IMG/VR virus record: IMGVR_UViG_2541047862_000007
Length of the DNA stretch: 19,570 nucleotides
Strand: one strand, 5' to 3'
Source: a virus
Taxonomy: Duplodnaviria > Heunggongvirae > Uroviricota > Caudoviricetes
Below the pieces are notes generated by a model, which saw only the letters and a program-made list of their open reading frames with translations, was not told the origin of the DNA and did not search any database. Of this stretch, positions 1-7,135 are shown in pieces (position 1 is the stretch's first letter; each line of letters starts with the position of its first letter). Both the position numbers and the translations under genes were made by a program.

Positions 1-1197
1 TTATGACGCCTGCGGGGTATAAAAAGTCCCGTCGCGCATCATGGCGAACAGAACGTCGCAGCGTCGTCTCGCCAGGGCGATAAGCGCCTGATTGTGTCGT
101 TTTCCCTGACTCATTTTGCGGGTGTAGTAAGCCCTGGAGAGCGGATCCCTGAGCGCGGCGAAGGCCGACAGGAACAACGCCCGTTTGAGAGCTTTATTAC
201 CCCGTCGCGAGGGATGCTCACCGCGTATTGACGAGCCGGATCGCCGAGTTACCGGCGCAAGGCCAGCATAAGCAGCGAGATGTGCGGCAGAGGCGAAGGC
301 GCGGCAGGCGACCTCGGTGAGGAGTCTGGCTGCGGTCCTGACACCGACTCCGGGCATACTGGTCAGGACCGGGTAAAGAGGGTGAGCAAGAACTCGCTGT
401 TCTACCGCAAGCGCCACCTCGTCTCTTTGCTTACGCAGCGTGATGAGCTGGAGTGCCAGACGTGGCAGTACTACGGCAGCGGCATTCGTGCCGGGAACGA
501 CGACGGTTTGTTCGGCCAGTGCCTGAGCTATGTCTGCTGCAAGGCGTTTACCCAGACGAGGCGCAAGTTTGCAGAGCTGGGCTGCCAGCTTCTTCTCACC
601 CAGCGAAGCGAGTTTTTCTGGTGAGGGATATCGCTGGAGAAGATCGAGTACCGCCGGGTGATCAAGTCTCGGACCGAGAACGCGCTCCAGTGCCGGATGT
701 ATCTGGGTCAGAAGGCCGCGGATACGGTTGCTGGCCTGCGTTGTCTGTGCGGCAAGATCATCATCGAAGCCGCAGAGCATGGAGAGTTCGGCGATTTGCT
801 CGTCAGCCAGTTTCAGCGTGCGTAGCGCGTGAGGCAGGGTACGGGCAGCTTCGGCAATGATGGCAGCGTCACGAGCATCAGTTTTAGCTTCACCGGCGTG
901 TAAGTCGGCTATGCGGCGCATGGCCAGTCCAGGGAGGTATCCGACAAGGACTCCTTCTGAGCGGGCAACGGCGACAGGTAACGCACCGATGGTAGCTGGC
1001 TGATCAACAACCAGCAGTATCTGACCATGTTGTTTCAGGTCAGATATTAGCGACCTGAGTTTGTTTTCGTCGTTGGGTAATGCTTTATCGAACAGGCGTT
1101 TACCTGAACGATTAATGGCTACAGCGTGATGCGTATCTTTACCGACATCAACGCCGATAAAGACCTGGACGGATTCGTAATCGCTGGATTCGGTCAT
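1..1197 (-). CDS. IS110-family transposase (DEDD/RuvC-like N-terminal domain plus C-terminal Tnp domain), 398 aa
   Basis: Full-length ORF; N-terminal FIGVDVGK motif and C-terminal SGSSIRG...RRGNKALKRAL segment typical of IS110-family transposases; GC-rich relative to neighbouring island DNA. Confidence 0.88.
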   Translation of the reverse strand: MTESSDYESVQVFIGVDVGKDTHHAVAINRSGKRLFDKALPNDENKLRSLISDLKQHGQILLVVDQPATIGALPVAVARSEGVLVGYLPGLAMRRIADLHAGEAKTDARDAAIIAEAARTLPHALRTLKLADEQIAELSMLCGFDDDLAAQTTQASNRIRGLLTQIHPALERVLGPRLDHPAVLDLLQRYPSPEKLASLGEKKLAAQLCKLAPRLGKRLAADIAQALAEQTVVVPGTNAAAVVLPRLALQLITLRKQRDEVALAVEQRVLAHPLYPVLTSMPGVGVRTAARLLTEVACRAFASAAHLAAYAGLAPVTRRSGSSIRGEHPSRRGNKALKRALFLSAFAALRDPLSRAYYTRKMSQGKRHNQALIALARRRCDVLFAMMRDGTFYTPQAS

Positions 1198-1500
1198 TCT
1201 GTCTCCCTTGTATATGGGTTAACCAGATAACCACGGGGAGCAGGTACCGGCATCCACGTTACAGACGGTCCCGGCAAAAGTGCCTGACCTGACCCCTATT
1301 AGCGGTTACCAGCGCCCCACCAGACCCGGTGACATCACCCCCCGGATCATGGACGACTGGGGGCAGTAATCATGCCGGGTCTGGCTGGCTAACACCCCAT
1401 TATAAGGGGTACGAATAAAGTAACGGGGGTAGCGGCATATATCGCGCATATCCACGCCGTTAATCCCGATACCGTCACGGCGCATTGAGATCCACCAGAA
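1..1500 (-). mobile_element. IS110-family insertion sequence, partial (transposase CDS plus its 5' non-coding end; other terminus outside window)
   Basis: Transposase CDS followed upstream by about 300 nt of GC-rich non-coding DNA that gives way abruptly to AT-rich DNA near 1500; exact terminus cannot be set without the other end. Confidence 0.5.
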
Positions 1501-1728
1501 GATTAAGATAGTTTACCTGAAATTATCCAAATAATTGTTTTAACTGATTAATTTTTCGAATATCTATTGTTAGGGAATAAATCATCAGATACACCATAAA
1601 ACGACATCTTTCAGGGTGTAGAAGATGCAAAGCTGGTATTGAAGAAAAGACAAAGAATATGAATGGCTGGCCACACGATGGAAGGATTGTCCATTGAGGG
1701 ATAAATCCCCGTGGTACAAGTTTTGGTA

Positions 1729-1751
1729 AACCCGCGCTGCGGGCTTTTTTG
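1729..1751 (+). terminator. Putative rho-independent terminator (orphan, plus strand)
   Basis: CCCGC-GCT-GCGGG hairpin followed by CTTTTTT; no convincing upstream plus-strand CDS. Confidence 0.4.
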
Positions 1752-1971
1752 TGGACGAAACAAAAGTCAGTGCTACACTCATTGACGCCACATCGAGGTG
1801 GCTTATAGATGGAAATGTCACAATGAAAAAAGCATTTGCTGCACTGTTCTCTGGTGGCTTCAACTCAGGCCTTTGCCGGTCGTTGTCAGCACGACAGCGA
1901 TACTGCCGCTGACGGCTCCCGCTGCGGTGGGCGTTCTGCTGATTCCCGCCCGGGCGGCGGTGGCATTCGTT

Positions 1972-1996
1972 AAAAACAAGGCCGCGAAAGCGGCCT
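1972..1996 (-). terminator. Putative rho-independent terminator closing the cargo operon
   Basis: Minus strand reads AGGCCGC-TTTC-GCGGCCT followed by TGTTTTT, about 9 nt after the stop of the 104-aa gene. Confidence 0.55.
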
Positions 1997-2004
1997 GTGA
2001 CATG

Positions 2005-2319
2005 TCACGATAGTTCCGTTTTGTTGAATTCAATTATATCAAGGTCAGAACTTTCGTAATCCTTACCGAATAAAGCAAAACATATCGCGTCAAGTTCTCT
2101 CTTATGTTTGGACGCCCGATCATAATTACCACCCCAACAGCAAATGAATCCACCAAGTACTGCTGATTCAAAAAGTAATGATGCTGCATCAATATGTCTG
2201 AACCAGGAGTCTATAAGTAAAGCAGAGAGTGATATTAATGTTCCCCACCCGCCAATCCTTCTCCATTTCTCAGCTTCATATTTAAGAGAAGCAATATATT
2301 CAATTTTATCTCTCGTCAT
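2005..2319 (-). CDS. Small membrane protein, 104 aa, two predicted transmembrane helices; function unknown
   Basis: Start codon overlaps the stop of the upstream large gene (ATGA); hydrophobic segments GGWGTLISLSALLI and AVLGGFICCWGG; followed by a terminator. Confidence 0.6.
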   Translation of the reverse strand: MTRDKIEYIASLKYEAEKWRRIGGWGTLISLSALLIDSWFRHIDAASLLFESAVLGGFICCWGGNYDRASKHKRELDAICFALFGKDYESSDLDIIEFNKTELS

Positions 2320-5075
2320 CAGTTCCCCACCGCCTTTCCAAAATCCGGTGCTCTACGTGGCGCAATAGCACCCGGTTCCCACCAACTCGTTATGTCGAAC
2401 TCCCGTTGCGAGCGGTCCCTTACTCGATCATTGTAACCAGGGTTTGCCATCTCCTGAAGTTGTTGCAATATCAGGTGATTGGTTATCGCTTTCGCATACC
2501 ACAGGTTTGCGAATGGGGTGATCATGCGGGCTGTTTTCAGTGCATCGGCACCGAATGATGTTTCTTCACCCTGTAGAGCCTTCTGTGGGTTAGTAATCAG
2601 TAATTTTGTTAACTGCTCTGCAAAGCTCAACACAGGGCCCCCCATAGTGGCACCGATGCTGGAGCCATATTGCGTATGGTCCTGGAAAATAAAATCACCG
2701 TAGATACCGAACGAACCACCTTTCAGTAAAGCCTGAACCCATGTGGTTGGTTTTGTCATATCCAGCGGATCATTACCATTTAACAAACTGTTCATCTGGA
2801 TCGCAAACATACCAGCAAGAGTTGTTCCCCCGATATATGAGGCCAGAAATTTAATGGCCGGAACGGTGTCCAAATCCCGTGTTCTGTTAACAAGTTGCCG
2901 AAATCCAGCAAATGGGGTTGTTTTGAAGAGCATGAAGCTCTTCATTAACTCGCCAGCATCATCACGGGCATATGTATCAATACCCGTAGCGGTGGTCACA
3001 GCATTGGTCATCTCACCGTGCGTAATTCCCAGCAATTTCTGGGCTGCTTCAGCGCGTGCATTACGAATCATGCGCGTGATGGTCTGCTCAGCCTCAGCGT
3101 CGAATGCTTCTTTCATCCGTTTCAGGCGTTCTGGAGGGAGATCTCCAAGGGCTGCCAGTGCCTTTTCACTCCCGGCACGAATCCGGGTAATACGGTCTGC
3201 CATAATGTCGGCTATTACGTTATCGGGCACAGCGTAAATCGCGTCTGGCGTCATCCCCATATGCCCGGCAGTAGTCATCGGCCTGAGTTCTGCCGCTGCC
3301 ATGATGGCCCAGTCCTCATTGCTCCATCCCTTGTTAGCCAGAATGGTTTTATCGGTTCCTTTCATATCGTCCAGCGTCTTAAATTTTCTGGTCAGCTCGC
3401 CAATGTTTTTGTACATCAGGAGACCAAACGACGCTTTGTTTGCGCGGTCCATAGCGATCAGCCCGGACCACTTCAGTGTCTTCTCTGCGAACCAGCCAGT
3501 TATGCCGCGAGACAAGTCAAACCCGCCCATTTTCGAAACCACAGCAGCATGTGAATCCACCAGCAGACCGAGTTCAGCATTCGCCTTTTTGGCATCTCCA
3601 CTAAACAGGTTTTTGATAGTGTTAACGGAAAGCCGCATTCCACCACGGGTAAAGCCCAGCGCCTGCGCATTTGCCCGCATAATTGCCTGGTCGCTGGTTG
3701 CTGTCAGTACGCTGGTGCCAAGCATGGCGCTGGTCATCAGGTTACGCAGACCACCAACTGCTGAAGAGAACACACTCGATGAAGCGACACCATTTAGGCC
3801 AGCCATTGAGTTGAACATACGGGCAACTAATTTGGCCTCATCCTCCATTTCTTTTTTGCGTTTCCCGCCTGTTACTGCGCGCTTATAGATGCGATCCAGT
3901 ACCAGGGAAAAGTTTCTTTCGGCGTCCGGACCAAAGGCTTTAACGACGCCCAAATCCCTGGATGATGATTGCAGGTGCGACATCATCACCCCCACCAGCG
4001 GCTGCTGAGTGTATCGCTCCATATAGGCGAAGTGTGACTGCGCATCCTTGAACGCCATCACCCTGTGCTGAGAACCACGGCTCTTTATTCCTCCGGCTCC
4101 CATAAATGTACCAGGCTCAATTTTGTTTGCCCCATCAGTGGCCTTCGTTTCAAAGATCGCTTCCAGTGCCTGACGGTACTCGACGTCATTCATAATGCTG
4201 CCGTCAGGATTAACGTAATTGCTGCGATCCTGCGTGTTGTAAGCGTCATCAACCCATTTCTGGCGGGCAAACTCAATCGGTGGCTGGCGACCTGAAAGAC
4301 GTGCTGTAGCTTGCTCTGCCACTGGTAACGATGCCAGCCATTCTTCGCGCCCGGCATTGCGAATAAGGTCAGCATCATCCACATATGGCGTATGCCAGTC
4401 TTCTCGCAGGCCTATGTCAAAGCCATTGTCGTTCATCTCATGACGAACACGGCCTGTTACATCCTTCCAAATCTGTGCAATTTTCTTCGCCAGGGGATTC
4501 CCGGTATCTTCGCCATATATTTCTTTCAGGATCTGGAGTTGTGCAGACTTTGCCGCCTGCCTGTCGAATACACTCCGAAACCGCTGCTCTCCAAGCGCCC
4601 TGCTCTGCTCGAAGAATTTGCGGACGTCATCACCTGCTTTTAGAAGTTCAGCACTGAGCTGACGGGACCAGTCCTGATATGCCCCAATTGCAAGCTCTTC
4701 AGCAGAAGTAACGGAGATATCAGCTTTGTCTCTCGATCGTCGGCCAGCAAAAATAAACTGCTGCAAATTAACAGGTGTCTGCTGATCAGGCGGGATGTTA
4801 GCATCGAGAGTGTCAGTAATTTTACTGATGGCGATCGCATTCTGGGCAACACGCTGTCTTTTCTTGTACACATCATGAACCACACGCTGGCGAACCAGTT
4901 CTGCAGCATCCATGTATGTTTGAGCATCAGGAATACCACTTTTGCCTTCCATTGCATTCTTTCTGTGCACTTGCCGCACAGCTTCTTTGATACGATCTTC
5001 GATATTTTTCAGCTCATCAGCCTTTGGCTGGCGACCAAGTGTCTGCGCAATAGCTTCAACACATGCCTGTTTCAT
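2319..5075 (-). CDS. Large hypothetical protein (about 918 aa from the ATG at 5075; 925 aa if the alternative start at 5096 is used); Ala/Gly/Ser-rich, no signal peptide, no P-loop
   Basis: Long uninterrupted ORF; ATG at 5075 has a GAGGAA Shine-Dalgarno 7 nt upstream and overlaps the upstream stop as TAATG; stop overlaps the start of the downstream membrane-protein gene. Confidence 0.85.
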   Translation of the reverse strand: MKQACVEAIAQTLGRQPKADELKNIEDRIKEAVRQVHRKNAMEGKSGIPDAQTYMDAAELVRQRVVHDVYKKRQRVAQNAIAISKITDTLDANIPPDQQTPVNLQQFIFAGRRSRDKADISVTSAEELAIGAYQDWSRQLSAELLKAGDDVRKFFEQSRALGEQRFRSVFDRQAAKSAQLQILKEIYGEDTGNPLAKKIAQIWKDVTGRVRHEMNDNGFDIGLREDWHTPYVDDADLIRNAGREEWLASLPVAEQATARLSGRQPPIEFARQKWVDDAYNTQDRSNYVNPDGSIMNDVEYRQALEAIFETKATDGANKIEPGTFMGAGGIKSRGSQHRVMAFKDAQSHFAYMERYTQQPLVGVMMSHLQSSSRDLGVVKAFGPDAERNFSLVLDRIYKRAVTGGKRKKEMEDEAKLVARMFNSMAGLNGVASSSVFSSAVGGLRNLMTSAMLGTSVLTATSDQAIMRANAQALGFTRGGMRLSVNTIKNLFSGDAKKANAELGLLVDSHAAVVSKMGGFDLSRGITGWFAEKTLKWSGLIAMDRANKASFGLLMYKNIGELTRKFKTLDDMKGTDKTILANKGWSNEDWAIMAAAELRPMTTAGHMGMTPDAIYAVPDNVIADIMADRITRIRAGSEKALAALGDLPPERLKRMKEAFDAEAEQTITRMIRNARAEAAQKLLGITHGEMTNAVTTATGIDTYARDDAGELMKSFMLFKTTPFAGFRQLVNRTRDLDTVPAIKFLASYIGGTTLAGMFAIQMNSLLNGNDPLDMTKPTTWVQALLKGGSFGIYGDFIFQDHTQYGSSIGATMGGPVLSFAEQLTKLLITNPQKALQGEETSFGADALKTARMITPFANLWYAKAITNHLILQQLQEMANPGYNDRVRDRSQREFDITSWWEPGAIAPRRAPDFGKAVGN

Positions 5076-7135
5076 TATGGGTTCCTCAAGAAGCACGCTG
5101 CCGCTACAGAATAAACCTTCGATTCGTTCTGGACTGTCTTAATCTGTTCATCCAACTCAGCCAGGAGATCAGAAAGTTTTGTCGGGTTTCCGGTTTCCGG
5201 GTGAGCTATAGTCAGCTCAGGATTGGCAACAGCCATGTCCCTAGCAGCCATAAGGTCATAGCTGTTGGATGAGAGAACCTGCCCTGTATCTGGATCAACG
5301 CTGACGTCCCCTCTGTGTTCACCAGCCGATGAGAAAGCACTTTCAGCACGAGGGACAGGCGATTCACTAATTGGCTCTGATGATGTTTCATATCTGACAC
5401 CATTTTCTTCAAAAACCTTTTGTATTTCATGGTATTGCTCTTGGTAAGTATCAGATATATCTGATCGCAATGGACCATCAAGCCCTCGCGCCATCCCCCC
5501 AACATTTACAGGCTGACCATCATTAAGTTGCCTGTATGCTTCATCCATGGCGTCAACATGGCTGTTGATGCTCTCATTGCTGGTGTGAAGCACTGGTGAC
5601 GATTCAATATCGTAATGAAGCCCCTCATTCAAAATGTGGGCTGCATCAATATCGCTTGGTTTTATTCTTTCCCTCGCCCGGATACCAAAAACTTTTTCTA
5701 CTGCGGCTTCCAGTTTCATATTGCGAAGACGCATACTTACGAGTAACCGTAACTGCTCAGGTGTAACGGTTCCAACCTGAATACCACTGTATCTGAATAT
5801 ATAGGCTTTAAAACCTGAAATAATTTTTTCCCATGATGAAACGCTTGTCTTTAGAGATGGATTTACTGCATGTGCGGCAACTTCTTCAGCGTACAACCAC
5901 TCAGGATATGTTTCAGGGTACTCACCCCTTTTCTTATATTCATAATATTGTGACATCCCATATGCAAATTCAGGATAGTCAGAATGCTTGTTTGCAGATT
6001 TAAGTACAGCATTAGCTAGCTTTCTGGCCTTCCAGTCAGGGTAATGGCGCTGCTCAAGATGAAGCGCCTCGTGATGAAGGGTTTCTAACAGTTCTTCATG
6101 GTCTTTTAATCCATTAATATTTATTCTTATTATTGGTTCTTTTCCAGAAGCTACTGTCACATGACCTTTATTCAGAAGTATTTCTCCATCACTATTTTTT
6201 ATTGCTGGTTCATTAATAAGTTCTATTACTCCTGAATCAGATAAATCACGAACCATTGACTCAATGTTACCATCAGGAGATTGCTGATAATGTTCACCAA
6301 AAGTTGATTTTATTTCTTCTGCAGAAATGTTCGACTCTGTACCATCATGGTTATTATGGGTAGTCAGGTGATGAACGCCACCAAAGACCCCGCCTAAAAC
6401 GGCATCGACTAACATCGCCTGACCGTCAAATACCCGGTACTGTTTTGCCATCTCCGTGTAGCCTTTTTCCTCCAGTGTTGCGCCGACAGAGTAACGGTTC
6501 AGTCCACCGAATCCGGTGTTGATTGCCACACCTGAGGCAATGCGCGTTGCCAGTGTGGTGCCGACGGCAGCGGGTAAGGCCATACCCACAGCATTGAAAA
6601 GGCTTTGCTGCGTTGCCAGGTTACGCGCCGTAGCCTCGTCTACTCCCTTCCCTTTAAAATCCTGATAGGACTGCTCATACGTAGAACTGAAAGCTGTAGC
6701 AGCGCCGATGAGGGGACCGCCAAACATAGTTGTTCCGATTGCAGGAACAAATTTACCAAGCTCATTTAATACCTCAGCCGCCATTCCCTGACTGCCTGCA
6801 TCAGGCTTCACATAGCTGCGGGCATCCTGTAACTGTTTTCCGATCGTGTCGTATGTATCATTCAGTGTTTTGTCAGCATCAGGGAACATCTCCCGAAAAA
6901 TATTAACAGTCGGTGCCACGTCTGCGGTAAATGCCGGATCGCTAATCAGGCGCTTGCTGAATCCGACGGCAGACTGCGCGAGACCGAGAGTCCCCTCCGC
7001 CACGCCGCTCAAAAGTGCAGTACCTGAACCCTGGAAGGGAGTCGGATCGTAGTCTTCTGGCCTTGCTGGGTTGGCAACTGTTTTGTCGTCAATCCATGCC
7101 TGACCTTCTGGAGCCAAAGAAAAAACATCAGACAT
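5075..7135 (-). CDS. Large hypothetical protein, 686 aa, glycine-zipper-like N-terminal region and a central HEALH (HExxH) motif; candidate zinc metallopeptidase-like domain
   Basis: Long ORF with ATGA overlap to the upstream gene; LHHEALHLEQRHY motif encoded near 6059-6073; central segment markedly more AT-rich than the flanks. Confidence 0.85.
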   Translation of the reverse strand: MSDVFSLAPEGQAWIDDKTVANPARPEDYDPTPFQGSGTALLSGVAEGTLGLAQSAVGFSKRLISDPAFTADVAPTVNIFREMFPDADKTLNDTYDTIGKQLQDARSYVKPDAGSQGMAAEVLNELGKFVPAIGTTMFGGPLIGAATAFSSTYEQSYQDFKGKGVDEATARNLATQQSLFNAVGMALPAAVGTTLATRIASGVAINTGFGGLNRYSVGATLEEKGYTEMAKQYRVFDGQAMLVDAVLGGVFGGVHHLTTHNNHDGTESNISAEEIKSTFGEHYQQSPDGNIESMVRDLSDSGVIELINEPAIKNSDGEILLNKGHVTVASGKEPIIRININGLKDHEELLETLHHEALHLEQRHYPDWKARKLANAVLKSANKHSDYPEFAYGMSQYYEYKKRGEYPETYPEWLYAEEVAAHAVNPSLKTSVSSWEKIISGFKAYIFRYSGIQVGTVTPEQLRLLVSMRLRNMKLEAAVEKVFGIRARERIKPSDIDAAHILNEGLHYDIESSPVLHTSNESINSHVDAMDEAYRQLNDGQPVNVGGMARGLDGPLRSDISDTYQEQYHEIQKVFEENGVRYETSSEPISESPVPRAESAFSSAGEHRGDVSVDPDTGQVLSSNSYDLMAARDMAVANPELTIAHPETGNPTKLSDLLAELDEQIKTVQNESKVYSVAAACFLRNP

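Noticed and set aside
280-860. Two plus-strand ORFs (114 and 135 aa) inside the transposase gene
   Set aside because: Antisense to a well-supported IS110-family transposase CDS; Arg-rich translations typical of GC-rich antisense frames
1-1500. Identifying the IS as IS621 specifically
   Set aside because: The transposase is 398 aa and its sequence does not match my recollection of IS621; only family-level assignment is supportable without a database search
1585-2013. 92-aa minus-strand ORF, 71-aa plus-strand ORF and a possible 29-aa peptide (MKKAFAALFSGGFNSGLC...) in the spacer
   Set aside because: They cross a terminator hairpin or the GC-rich palindrome, have weak or distant ribosome-binding sites and no recognisable fold; not a match to known type I toxin peptides that I can recall
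2479-4957. Multiple 60-195 aa ORFs on both strands inside the about 918-aa cargo gene
   Set aside because: All lie within or antisense to the long ORF, lack ribosome-binding sites and have low-complexity translations
6040-6090. Assignment of the HEALH motif to a specific protease clan (metzincin or thermolysin-like)
   Set aside because: The third His is at +5 after the second (HExxHxxxxH), not the metzincin spacing, and I could not identify a downstream Glu or Met-turn; left as an unclassified HExxH
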